Positions 16,848-26,189 are shown, numbered from the stretch's first letter. The stretch: DNA of 44,773 nucleotides from Candidatus Kaiserbacteria bacterium (GCA_043747375.1 JAYTPG010000058.1:1-44773), one strand, 5' to 3'. The notes: generated by a model not told the origin, from the letters alone. Made by a program: numbers and translations.

Positions 16848-17534
16848 ATGTCAAAGTTGGGCAAACTGCCGACCGAAAAAAGCGAGGCGAGAAAAACGCG
16901 TGTAAGAAAAATCGTACGTTCTCTCAAGAAGATATACCCCGTCCCCAAAAGCGAGCTTCGGTACGAAACCCCATTTCAATTTCTTGTGGCGGTAGTTCTT
17001 TCGGCTCAATGTACAGATAAGCTCGTGAATCGGGTCACGGACGAATTGTTTCAGAAATATAAAACTCCGAAAGATTTTGCGAGCACTAGTCTCAACGAAT
17101 TTACGAACGCGATTTCAAGTGTTAGTTTTTTTCGCAATAAGGCGAAGCACATTATGCTTGCTGCCAAAATGGTCTGCGAGGATTCTGGCGGCCACGTCCC
17201 TCGAAACGAAGCGGCTCTCGTTCGTTTGCCCGGCGTTGGCTACAAAACGGCACACGTTGTCTTGAACGAATTATTCAATATCTCTGAAGGAATTCCAACT
17301 GACACTCATGTAAAACGCTTCGCAAAGAAGTTTGATTTAACTGACCAATCGGACTTAAAAAAGATATCGAAGGAATTAGAGAAACTGATTCCCAAAAAGG
17401 ACTGGAAGTACGTGAATAACGGACTTGTGCTCTATGGGCGATATGTCTGCCCGGCGCGCCCGCACGACTGTGCGAAGCACCCGCTTACAAAATTATGGCC
17501 GCAAGCAGCCACACGGTGGCCCAAGGTGAAATGA
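16848..17534 (+). CDS. nth: Endonuclease III family DNA glycosylase (HhH-GPD) with a degenerate Fe-S ligand set
   Basis: PFQFLVAVVLSAQCTDKLVN, HhH LPGVGYKTAHVVL, catalytic region PTDTHV. The C-terminus is CPARPHDCAKHPLTKLW (C-x6-C-x2-H-x5-W). Confidence 0.8.
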   Translation: MSKLGKLPTEKSEARKTRVRKIVRSLKKIYPVPKSELRYETPFQFLVAVVLSAQCTDKLVNRVTDELFQKYKTPKDFASTSLNEFTNAISSVSFFRNKAKHIMLAAKMVCEDSGGHVPRNEAALVRLPGVGYKTAHVVLNELFNISEGIPTDTHVKRFAKKFDLTDQSDLKKISKELEKLIPKKDWKYVNNGLVLYGRYVCPARPHDCAKHPLTKLWPQAATRWPKVK

Positions 17535-17560
17535 AGAATCTCGGGTAGGATAGTAGAGAC

Positions 17561-18853
17561 ATGAAAACATTCCTCCGCCGCACTGTGGTGTTTCTTCTTA
17601 CCGTTGAAGCTCAGCTCGTACTCTCCCGCTACAAACCAAAGATAATCGCTATTACGGGAAATATTGGAAAGACCGCAGCCAAAGACGCGATATTTGCCGT
17701 GGTGTCAGCCCCCCATGCTACTCGCAAAAGTCTCAAAAGTTTTAATAGCGACATTGGTGTGCCGCTCACGATACTTGGTCTCGACAACCCCTGGTCGAAT
17801 CCGTTTCTCTGGTTCGTGACCCTTAGCAAGGGACTACTGGTCCTTTTTCGAGGTGCCTATCCGAAATTGCTCGTGCTTGAAGTTGGCGCAGATAAGCCGG
17901 GAGATATTCGCGCCATTGCCTCGTGGCTCAAGCCCAATATCGCAGTATTTACGGGTGTTCCCAAGATTCCTGCACATGTTGGCTTTTTTGATTCTCCCGA
18001 AGCTTTAGTAAAAGAAAAGAGTGCGCTCTTTGAATATCTAAAATCAGACGGCATTTTGATTGCGAACGGCGACAATGAGTACACCGCGACATTACCAAAG
18101 AATACTCGCCAACGTTTTCTCACCTATGGATTCGATTCAAAAAACACCATCGCCGCAAGTCATGCGGAAATTATATACAAAGATGACAGACCCGTTGGAA
18201 TGTCGACGCACATAATGGCCGTTAATCCAATTGATTTGAAAATCTATGGTGCCTTGGGGAAGCCGTGTCTGTACGCCGCTCTTGCCGCGTGTGCAGTGGC
18301 GAAAGCTCTTGAAATTGATGTGTCGGTCGCCGCGAAAACTCTTGGCGAGTGGGAGCCGACACCTGGCCGAATGCGCATATTAAACGGGATTAATGACTCA
18401 GCGATTATTGATGATAGTTATAATTCCTCACCGACTCCTGCGCTTTCTGCGCTTGAGACATTAAAACTCGTCCGAGGCATACGAAAGATAGCGGTTCTTG
18501 GAGATATGCGCGAACTCGGTACACTCAGTGTTAAAGGCCATCAAGAAGTTGGCAAATATGCCGCGGGCGTCGCGGATGTGCTGATTACGGTCGGCGCTGA
18601 ATCAAAGGTACTTGCAGAAGCGGCTCGTGAGGCCGGTATGTCGAAAGAGAGTGTTCGCGAATACGAATATGGTTCAGCCGAAAAAGTCGGCAAAGTTCTT
18701 GCTCGCGAGGTGCGCCCAGGAGACATCGTGCTCATTAAGGGCTCGCAAAACAAGATACGGCTGGAGCGTACCGTGTATGAACTTTTGGCAGATACACAAA
18801 AGGCGGAAAAACTTCTAGTGCGGTACGACAGTATGTGGCGTAGCAAAGCGTAA
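17561..18853 (+). CDS. murF: UDP-N-acetylmuramoyl-tripeptide--D-alanyl-D-alanine ligase
   Basis: Mur ligase P-loop ITGNIGKTAAKD. IDDSYNSSP is typical of MurF. C-terminal GDMRELG. Confidence 0.8.
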   Translation: MKTFLRRTVVFLLTVEAQLVLSRYKPKIIAITGNIGKTAAKDAIFAVVSAPHATRKSLKSFNSDIGVPLTILGLDNPWSNPFLWFVTLSKGLLVLFRGAYPKLLVLEVGADKPGDIRAIASWLKPNIAVFTGVPKIPAHVGFFDSPEALVKEKSALFEYLKSDGILIANGDNEYTATLPKNTRQRFLTYGFDSKNTIAASHAEIIYKDDRPVGMSTHIMAVNPIDLKIYGALGKPCLYAALAACAVAKALEIDVSVAAKTLGEWEPTPGRMRILNGINDSAIIDDSYNSSPTPALSALETLKLVRGIRKIAVLGDMRELGTLSVKGHQEVGKYAAGVADVLITVGAESKVLAEAAREAGMSKESVREYEYGSAEKVGKVLAREVRPGDIVLIKGSQNKIRLERTVYELLADTQKAEKLLVRYDSMWRSKA

Positions 18854-18868
18854 ATGTCAATATAGAAA

Positions 18869-18891
18869 GCCGCCGACATTAAGCCGGCGGC
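18869..18891. terminator. GC hairpin between convergent genes
   Basis: GCCGCCG-acattaagc-CGGCGGC. Only a weak T-run follows. Confidence 0.35.
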
Positions 18892-18926
18892 AAGTTTACG
18901 AACAAGAACAGTCTTGCTCGACGACG

Positions 18927-19256
18927 CTAGTGTTCCAAAATAAGGAACTGTCTCGCGTCAATTTCTCCGCACAAGATTTTTACGGCCATTTTATCGATCG
19001 GTTCATCCGGCGGACGGCTTTCGTGGACTGCGAGAAGCCATATCGAGAGAGCAACGGGCATGTCTTGTCCCGGCGCAATAATCTTAGCTGACCGGACGAT
19101 ATTTCGCTTTAGAAATTGCGAAAGTTGGCTGGTGATGAAATTTTCGTGTAGCTTAGCGATCTCTTTTTCGGTGAAAAGTGCATGGACCACACATGGTTTC
19201 AAATTTTCAAGATGGATTGTTACGCCACCAGAAAATGTTGCTTGACCATAGTTCAT
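18927..19256 (-). CDS. Hypothetical protein
   Basis: 109-aa ORF with an upstream Shine-Dalgarno-like aagaGGTGa 4 nt before the ATG. No motif recognised. Confidence 0.45.
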   Translation of the reverse strand: MNYGQATFSGGVTIHLENLKPCVVHALFTEKEIAKLHENFITSQLSQFLKRNIVRSAKIIAPGQDMPVALSIWLLAVHESRPPDEPIDKMAVKILCGEIDARQFLILEH

Positions 19257-19368
19257 CGGTCACCTCTTGTATTGTTTCGTGGAGAGTGAAATGCGACTCA
19301 GTCGCTTTCTTAATGTACCTCAGTTGCGCGGCAATGTAAATACTTTTCGCATATTTTTTTCATTGCGG

Positions 19369-19374
19369 TACTAT
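19369..19374 (+). promoter_or_regulatory. -10 box TACTAT, 6 nt before ATG 19381 (leaderless-type)
   Basis: TTCGCA-17-TACTAT-tgaggt-ATG. Confidence 0.45.
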
Positions 19375-19380
19375 TGAGGT

Positions 19381-20064
19381 ATGCAAAAGGTAGCGGTGTT
19401 TGACGTAGACGGGACCATTTTTCGTTCGTCTCTCCTTATCCAGGTGGTGGACCAGCTGATCCGGGACGGGGTTTTTGATGAGACTGTGCAGGGCGTGTAT
19501 GCGAAAGATCATGAGCGTTGGGTCGACCGAGAAGGAGATTATGACGCGTATATCGATGCTGTCGTAAGAGCGTTCAAGACAAATTTAAAAGGTGTTCAGT
19601 ACGGGGCACTTGCGGACGCCGCAGAGAAAGTGGTGACGGCCCAATGGAAAAGAACATACCGATACACCAGGGATTTGTTAAAAGAATTAAAAGCGAAAGA
19701 TTATTTTTTACTCGCGGTCTCGCATTCTCCTAAAACCGTACTGGATAAATTTTGTCCCCGTCTCGGATTCGATAAGGCATACGGGATGGTCTACGAAATT
19801 GGACCAACTGATGCATTTACGGGAGGAATTATTGACGAGCATTTGATTTACAACAAGGCAAATATTTTAAAACGAGCTGTGGAAAAAGAGAATCTCACTC
19901 TTACGGATTCCGTTTGCGTCGGAGACACAGAAACAGATATTCCTATGCTTGAAATGGTGGCACAACCGATTTGTTTTAATCCCAACATGAAATTATTTCG
20001 CCATGCAAAACGCATGAAGTGGAAAGTTGTTGTTGAACGAAAAGATGTTGTGTATGAGATATAG
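19381..20064 (+). CDS. HAD-IB family hydrolase (SerB-like phosphatase)
   Basis: Motif I VFDVDGTIF, motif II SHSP, motif IV GDTETDIPML. Confidence 0.75.
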   Translation: MQKVAVFDVDGTIFRSSLLIQVVDQLIRDGVFDETVQGVYAKDHERWVDREGDYDAYIDAVVRAFKTNLKGVQYGALADAAEKVVTAQWKRTYRYTRDLLKELKAKDYFLLAVSHSPKTVLDKFCPRLGFDKAYGMVYEIGPTDAFTGGIIDEHLIYNKANILKRAVEKENLTLTDSVCVGDTETDIPMLEMVAQPICFNPNMKLFRHAKRMKWKVVVERKDVVYEI

Positions 20065-20068
20065 GTCT

Positions 20069-20788
20069 ATGGCCGCACTCATCTCTTTATTAGTCGTGGG
20101 GTATACAGGATACTGTGTGTGGCACATCCATTCGCTTGCTCAATTGAGCCGCCCGGCTGTCGCAGAGGCGCATGCTTTTGAGAGGGAAGAACCTTCGATG
20201 CCACGTAGAATATTGATTCTTGGTGACAGTACCGCGGTTGGAGTAGGTTCTCCGGCAGCTCTTTCTGTCGCTGGCCGACTCTCGAATGAATTCTCGGCGT
20301 CAGTAGAGAATTACGGGAAGAGCGGCGCTGTAACCGCGGATTTAGATGGTCAAATAAATAGCGCGAAAAAAGATCGGTTCGATCTTATCCTTATTCAGAT
20401 TGGCGCGAACGACGTTATTAATTTTTATTCCCTGAAAAACTCAGCGAAAATGCTCGATGCCGCTCTTATCAAGCTACATAGCCGCGCCGATAGAATCGCA
20501 ATACTTACCGCGGGAAATATCGGAAATGCCCCCTTATTCCCTTGGCCTGTAAGTTGGGCAATGACCTACCGAACACAAATATTACGGGAATTATTTATGG
20601 CAACTGCAGAGAAAAATGATGCCGTATACGTGGATATTTTCTCCCAGCCGGATATCTTTCCATCAAATCCATCGAAGTATTATGCACCGGACATGCTTCA
20701 TCCAAGCGGGGAGGGGTATGGCTATTGGTTTTCTATTGTGAAAAAATATGTCGAAAAAAAGTGGCCCGAGCTTGCGACAAATAAATAA
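20069..20788 (+). CDS. SGNH/GDSL hydrolase with N-terminal TM anchor
   Basis: ILILGDSTAVG (block I), GANDV (block III), DMLHPSGEGY (DxxH). ATG 20069 is chosen because it is non-overlapping. In-frame alternatives are 20054, 20045 and 20027. Confidence 0.7.
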   Translation: MAALISLLVVGYTGYCVWHIHSLAQLSRPAVAEAHAFEREEPSMPRRILILGDSTAVGVGSPAALSVAGRLSNEFSASVENYGKSGAVTADLDGQINSAKKDRFDLILIQIGANDVINFYSLKNSAKMLDAALIKLHSRADRIAILTAGNIGNAPLFPWPVSWAMTYRTQILRELFMATAEKNDAVYVDIFSQPDIFPSNPSKYYAPDMLHPSGEGYGYWFSIVKKYVEKKWPELATNK

Positions 20789-21623
20789 GTTTCGACGTGT
20801 CGTTCTCGACTATTTTGATAAAAATGGTCGGCATAATTTGCTGTGGCGAGAAACTCGCGACCCGTACAAAATACTTGTTTCTGAAATAATGCTTCAGCAG
20901 ACCCAGGTTGACAGGGTAGTTCCGTACTACGACAAATTTCTTCGTGCGTTTCCGACAGTGCAAAGGTTGGGAAGATCAGAGCTTTCTAAAGTATTAACAT
21001 TGTGGAGTGGCCTTGGATACAATCGCCGAGCAAAACTTTTGCGAGATTGCGCAAAGGAGATTGTCGAAAAATACGGCGGCACGGTCCCGCGGGACCGTGC
21101 CGCACTCGAGTCCCTGCCAGGCATCGGCCCCTATACCGCGGGCGCGGTGCGCGCGTTTGCGTGGAACGAACCCGATGTTTTTATCGAAACCAATATCCGC
21201 ACTGCATTTTTACATCATTTCAATGTGCCCCATCTTACTCACGGTCGTAAGAAAAGTGGAACAGTGCGAGATGAGGAAATTCTCGAGATTGCGAAGAGGG
21301 CCGCGCAGGGGCAGGAGGCGCGGAGATGGCATTGGGCTTTGATGGACTATGGTGCACATTTAAAACGAAGCGGCGTAAAGCTAAATCAAAAAAGTGCGCA
21401 CTACACGAAGCAATCAAAATTTGAAGGCTCAATAAGGCAAATTCGTGGTGCCATTCTGAGAGCCCTAAAAACACCAGCATCTAAGCCACAAATAATTTCT
21501 AGGTGTCACCTAGAGAGCCAGGTGACACCTAGAGGGCAGGAGTTTGATAAGGCGCTGGTGTCTCTGGAGCGTGATGGGCTTATTTCAAAACAAAAGGGAA
21601 AATGGCGAATCTCCGAAGCCTAA
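20748..21623 (+). CDS. MutY-like HhH-GPD adenine glycosylase lacking the Fe-S loop and NUDIX domain
   Basis: WRETRDPYKILVSEIMLQQTQVDRVVPYYDKFLRAFPTV, HhH LPGIGPYTAGAVRAFAW. No Cys cluster follows MDYGAH. The C-terminus RQIRGAILRAL...LERDGLISKQKGKWRI looks like a winged helix. Overlaps the upstream gene by 41 nt. Confidence 0.7.
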   Translation: MSKKSGPSLRQINKFRRVVLDYFDKNGRHNLLWRETRDPYKILVSEIMLQQTQVDRVVPYYDKFLRAFPTVQRLGRSELSKVLTLWSGLGYNRRAKLLRDCAKEIVEKYGGTVPRDRAALESLPGIGPYTAGAVRAFAWNEPDVFIETNIRTAFLHHFNVPHLTHGRKKSGTVRDEEILEIAKRAAQGQEARRWHWALMDYGAHLKRSGVKLNQKSAHYTKQSKFEGSIRQIRGAILRALKTPASKPQIISRCHLESQVTPRGQEFDKALVSLERDGLISKQKGKWRISEA

Positions 21624-21659
21624 ACTCCGGAGACTCTAGTGATTGAGGCGGTGAAGAAG

Positions 21660-21950
21660 TTAGGTGCGCAGAGCCGCCCGAATTTCTTCGAACATTTCTG
21701 TCACCTCACAAGACCCGTGGTTCGAGAACCACTGTATTACACCTTCTCCGCACCCTACAACTGCAGCGGGAACTGTCGCGGTGTCGATCTTTGAAACCTT
21801 CAAGATGTTTTCGACGACGACTGCCTTTTCTTCTGGGGGCAATTGCGTGATGTCGATCTCATCGAAAGGGACATTCGCGTCCTGAAGCATGCTTTTGAGC
21901 GTTTTGCACGGTTCGCACATGGTGCGACCGTAAATGACGACTCTCGACAT
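21660..21950 (-). CDS. Glutaredoxin/NrdH-like thioredoxin-fold protein
   Basis: VVIYGRTMCEPCKTLKSML (CxxC). GGAGG Shine-Dalgarno 7 nt upstream. Confidence 0.7.
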   Translation of the reverse strand: MSRVVIYGRTMCEPCKTLKSMLQDANVPFDEIDITQLPPEEKAVVVENILKVSKIDTATVPAAVVGCGEGVIQWFSNHGSCEVTEMFEEIRAALRT

Positions 21951-22052
21951 AGTCAGCCTCCATCTACTTGCGGAACCAAAAGCAATTCTTTCTAAAGAAC
22001 AGCCAGCTAGGATTCTATGCTGAACCCAAGTCTCGTCAAGTGATCCGTGATC

Positions 22053-23987
22053 TTACACCGAGACTATAACAGGAATCACAATTGGTCTCTTTTGCGTGCG
22101 CTGAAGGAGGAAACGGGCGACGGCATCGGCAAGGTCGTCGCGGGCGTGGTCGATGTCGGCGGCGCGGGGGTTCTTGAGCGACTGCTCCACGCTTTTGCGA
22201 ATGATGAGTCGAGTTTGATCCATCAGGTCTTTGTTGTCGCGGAGGTATACGAATCCGCGAGAAATGATGTCGGGAGATTTGTGCAATCTGCCGGTGCGGC
22301 GGTCGACAGTTGCGACGACGACACAGAAACCTTCTTGGCCCAGTGCCTTACGGTCGCGCATCAATACATCAGAAAGTTCGGTAACAGTTTGCCCTTCGAC
22401 GACGCGTAATTCTGAGGGGGCTTTTACGGGGAGCTTAGAAATCTTCTCACCGTTTTTAATTTCAACGATAGAGCTGTTGTCCGCAATCGCGATATGGTCC
22501 GGAGCAACGCCCATTTCTACGGCAAGATCAGCGTGAACACGCAGCATATAGTGATAGCCGTGGACCGGTATGAAGAACTTTGGTTTTACTTGTTTGTGAA
22601 TCCATGCCGCTTCTTCGCGGTTTCCGTGACCCGAAGCGTGCACGTCGCTCGCATGATAGGTGATGATGTGAGCGCCTTGTCGAGAAAGATTATCTTTAAG
22701 CTTCTGAACGGCTCGCTCATTGCCCGGAATTACGGAGGACGAGAGAACGATAGTGTCTTTCGGGGTAAGGCGAATGTACTTATGTGACTTGTTGCCGATG
22801 CGTGCGAGTGAGGCGAATTCGTCGCCCTGCGCGCCCGTGGCTAAAATAATAATTTTTTCCGGGGGGAATCGGTCAATGTCTTCAACTGGAATAACGGTGT
22901 CATCTTTATATTTGATGAGTCCGAGTTCGCGTGCGATTTCAATGTTTGTGCGCATACTTCGTCCATCGATGACGATTTTTTTACCGTGTTGCTCTGCGAA
23001 TTCCACGATTCGAATTAATCGTTCAAGGTGAGACGCAAACATGGCTATAATAAGTCGACCATGCGTCTCACGCACAATCTTTTCAAGTGTCGTATAAACG
23101 ATTGATTCCGGAATGGACCATCCTGGTTGCCAGACGTTTGTCGAGTCCATGAGAAGCGCAAGCACTTTACGGTTTTTAAATACAGCAAACGACTTGTGTT
23201 CCTCTTCGCTCGGCTCGCCGTTCAAGTGATTGAGCTTGATGTCGCCCGTAAAAACAACATCCCCCCATGCAGTTTCAATGATGATTCCCATGGAGTCGGG
23301 CACGGTGTGGGTGACGCCAAAAAAGCGAATGGTGTGGCTGCCAAGTTTTAGAACCTCGTCTTTTTCAACTTCTCGAATAGTTACGGGTGCCGTTTGAGCG
23401 AATTCTTCTTGGCGCTTCTTGATCATCATGCCCGTCAGGCGGCGCGTGTAGATCGTAGGATTACCAATTCGGTCGATGATGTAAGGAATTCCACCGATGT
23501 GATCGAGGTGGCCGTGGGAGATGAGAAGACCGCGAATTTTGTCACGACGCTCTTCGAGGTACCCGGTGTTTGGCAAGATGTAATCGATACCAGGAGTCTC
23601 TTCTTCGCGGAATTGAAAACCGGCGTCAAGCACAAAAATGTCGTTGCCTACTTCGATGGCGGTCATGTTGCGGCCGATTTCTTCAACGCCACCAAGGGGA
23701 ATGATGCGTACGACATCGTTTTCGGGTGGCGGAATTCGAACACTTACGGCGCGCGGATCGCGATCGGTCGCAGTGTGGTGTTCAACGTGTTGCTTGCCTC
23801 GTCGAGGCGGGCGAGAGCCGAATCGAGCGCCTCCTGGTCGAGATCGGCGTGGGCCTGCAGGGCGTGCCTGTGGGCCTGCCTGGCGGCGTGGCGCCTGAGG
23901 ACCGCCTTGTCCTTGTTGGCGGGGGGGAAAGTTTCTTTGGCCAGGATTCGAAGTTTGACCTGACGGCTGTGTATTATCACTAGGCAT
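22053..23987 (-). CDS. rnj: Ribonuclease J with an Arg/Pro/Gly/Gln-rich N-terminal extension
   Basis: Metallo-beta-lactamase HGHLDHIGG, a beta-CASP region, and an RNase J C-terminal domain. The first ~95 aa are low-complexity (PRRQAGPQARPAGPRRSRPGGARFGSRPPRRGK). Confidence 0.9.
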   Translation of the reverse strand: MPSDNTQPSGQTSNPGQRNFPPRQQGQGGPQAPRRQAGPQARPAGPRRSRPGGARFGSRPPRRGKQHVEHHTATDRDPRAVSVRIPPPENDVVRIIPLGGVEEIGRNMTAIEVGNDIFVLDAGFQFREEETPGIDYILPNTGYLEERRDKIRGLLISHGHLDHIGGIPYIIDRIGNPTIYTRRLTGMMIKKRQEEFAQTAPVTIREVEKDEVLKLGSHTIRFFGVTHTVPDSMGIIIETAWGDVVFTGDIKLNHLNGEPSEEEHKSFAVFKNRKVLALLMDSTNVWQPGWSIPESIVYTTLEKIVRETHGRLIIAMFASHLERLIRIVEFAEQHGKKIVIDGRSMRTNIEIARELGLIKYKDDTVIPVEDIDRFPPEKIIILATGAQGDEFASLARIGNKSHKYIRLTPKDTIVLSSSVIPGNERAVQKLKDNLSRQGAHIITYHASDVHASGHGNREEAAWIHKQVKPKFFIPVHGYHYMLRVHADLAVEMGVAPDHIAIADNSSIVEIKNGEKISKLPVKAPSELRVVEGQTVTELSDVLMRDRKALGQEGFCVVVATVDRRTGRLHKSPDIISRGFVYLRDNKDLMDQTRLIIRKSVEQSLKNPRAADIDHARDDLADAVARFLLQRTQKRPIVIPVIVSV

Positions 23988-24004
23988 ATTTTAAAATTAA
24001 TTAA

Positions 24005-25894
24005 TTACTTTTTTACTGAGTTCATAAACAGAGTCCAAATTCGTTCAGTGTCGGTATACCACTCATTCACTGCCTGGAAACGTTCGGCGGGAGTCGTGAG
24101 CGCTCCTATATCTATGCCGCGCACACCGCTCGGCACAATATATATGAAATCCGGAGAATACAAGAAAATGGCTGGTCGGTCCTTTTCTACGATTGCCGAG
24201 AACTGAGAGTATAGATCATCTCGGTCTTTTTTGTTAGTGGTTGCTCGAGCCTGGGTTAAAAGCAAGTCTGCCTTCGCGTTTGTATACATGGCGAGGTTGA
24301 GACCGGGATCATTTCGCTGAGTCGAGTGCCAGAATGCGAACACATCTGCAGATCTGCCGACGACTTCACCAAAAAGAATCGCGTCGTAGTTTCTTGGGCG
24401 CAACACGGAGTTGTTGAAATCGGAAAGCGGATAGACTTGTACGTCTACCCGTACACCAATGGCTCGCCATGCCGTTGCGACAATGTTTGCGGTCGCGGAA
24501 AGCTCTGGCTCATCCGCCGTTGCGATTTTTAGTGCGAGCGGGACTTTCTTTTTCATCCACACGTTTGTCGAACTACTTATTGTCCAACCACCACGTTTTA
24601 ATATTTGGGTTGCGTCGGAAATGCGAGATTCAGGGGTACTGGTACTAGTGGGAACGAGGGGGAAGGTATGTGAGAAAGGCGATGGCATTGCAGGAGAAAC
24701 GGTTCCCAGCGTGCCCGCGGGAAGCGGGGTCGTGGAAACGGTTCCGAAACCATTAAGGACGGAGTTTACTATTTGCTCGCGATCAATGGCGGCTGTAAGC
24801 GCTGCGCGGACGGAGTCGTCAACGAGCGCAGGGTTATGATTTTCGTTGAAAAATACACCAAAAACTCTTGGAAGTGGCGCGCGGATAATGGAAACGTTGG
24901 TTCGCTTAATTGCTTTTACGTCCAGAGGGGTGAGACCCGCAACTGAATCAATTTGGCCGCCGTTAAAAGCCTTTACGAGCGCTCCTTCGTTGGGAAAGAA
25001 CACAAACGACATCCGCGAGAGATAGGGTCCTTTGAGGACAAATTGATCAAACGGACGAAGATCGTATCTTGTCGCGGAGCCCGTTGAATCGGTGGTTACA
25101 TTATCGATCTTGTATGGGCCTGAACCAATTGGACGAGTGTTAAGTGGTGAGAAAGGAAATTCCTCCGGCGTGATTTTCTGCCAACGCGCTTTGGGAAGAA
25201 TGCCAAGCGTAGTGTTTTCTATAAACGGAGCATATGCGTGCGGCAGGGTGAAAATAATCGTGTATGGGTCCGGCGAGGAAACAGTCACGCCTTCCCAGTC
25301 CGCTCGTCGAGTACTTTTTATTTCTTGGTTTTGTGCGGCGGCAACCGTGAACAGGACATCTTCGGAGCTAACCGGCGTTCCGTCGTGAAAGGTTGCATTT
25401 TTTCGAAGGGAAAAAGCGTATACCGTTCCATCGTTAGATACTGAAAAATGGTCCGCAAGGTCGGGGGCATATGATCCGTCGGGTTCGGCCCGTGTGAGCC
25501 CGGAATACACGAGAGCGGTTAAGTCTTGGTCTGCTTGTGAAAGAGCGAGCAACGGATTGATAAATCGAGCAGGACCCGTTTCTCCTTCGGTGAATGTTCC
25601 GCCACGCGTCGGAATTACAACTGAGATAGCATCATTCAATGCCGCCAAAAAATATACGGTGCTGAGGCCCAAAATGATGGTACAGACATACAACGTCAGG
25701 CGTTCGCTCGGAGAAAATTGAGTGAGTAGTTGCTCGAGATGCGAAATACTCCACATGCTCCGTCGTCGAACAAGTGCTTTGCGCACTGGAGAAACCGCGA
25801 TAGTTTCGACTATCTCAGGTTCTGGAATATCGTTGAAATCCGAATGCTGATCCATCATGATGGGACCCGACGCGATGCTTATGCTAAAGCGCAA
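24005..25894 (-). CDS. ABC transporter substrate-binding protein, family 5 (peptide/nickel type), TM-anchored
   Basis: FSLRKNATFHDGTPVSSEDVLFT matches the SBP_bac_5 signature region. N-terminal TM helix LTLYVCTIILGLSTVYFLAAL. TTG start at 25894. ATG alternatives at 25858 and 25855. Confidence 0.8.
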   Translation of the reverse strand: MRFSISIASGPIMMDQHSDFNDIPEPEIVETIAVSPVRKALVRRRSMWSISHLEQLLTQFSPSERLTLYVCTIILGLSTVYFLAALNDAISVVIPTRGGTFTEGETGPARFINPLLALSQADQDLTALVYSGLTRAEPDGSYAPDLADHFSVSNDGTVYAFSLRKNATFHDGTPVSSEDVLFTVAAAQNQEIKSTRRADWEGVTVSSPDPYTIIFTLPHAYAPFIENTTLGILPKARWQKITPEEFPFSPLNTRPIGSGPYKIDNVTTDSTGSATRYDLRPFDQFVLKGPYLSRMSFVFFPNEGALVKAFNGGQIDSVAGLTPLDVKAIKRTNVSIIRAPLPRVFGVFFNENHNPALVDDSVRAALTAAIDREQIVNSVLNGFGTVSTTPLPAGTLGTVSPAMPSPFSHTFPLVPTSTSTPESRISDATQILKRGGWTISSSTNVWMKKKVPLALKIATADEPELSATANIVATAWRAIGVRVDVQVYPLSDFNNSVLRPRNYDAILFGEVVGRSADVFAFWHSTQRNDPGLNLAMYTNAKADLLLTQARATTNKKDRDDLYSQFSAIVEKDRPAIFLYSPDFIYIVPSGVRGIDIGALTTPAERFQAVNEWYTDTERIWTLFMNSVKK

Positions 25895-25912
25895 ATCAGG
25901 TCTACTAAAACT

Positions 25913-26179
25913 CTATCTGGCTAACAAGTTGATGAGTGCCGACAGGGCAAACAATACTGCAAGAACAATCGTCGCATAAAAGAGGGTTTTCTCCAAGCCG
26001 CGGCGTGTGTGAAAACCAGAGCTGAAATTATCAGCCCCGAATGCGCCTCCCAAACTCGCCCCGGTTCTTTGCAAAAGTATTGCGAGAACGAGGAGAATCG
26101 AGAGGACGATCTGCACATAGGGCAGAGTCGCCATGAGTTCCATGCCGGTCATAGTAGCAGGGGTAGAGATGTCGGTCAA
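25913..26179 (-). CDS. secG: Preprotein translocase subunit SecG
   Basis: Two TM helices. LAILLQRTGASLGGAFG is typical of SecG. Confidence 0.8.
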   Translation of the reverse strand: MTDISTPATMTGMELMATLPYVQIVLSILLVLAILLQRTGASLGGAFGADNFSSGFHTRRGLEKTLFYATIVLAVLFALSALINLLAR

Positions 26180-26189
26180 CTCTTGTGAT

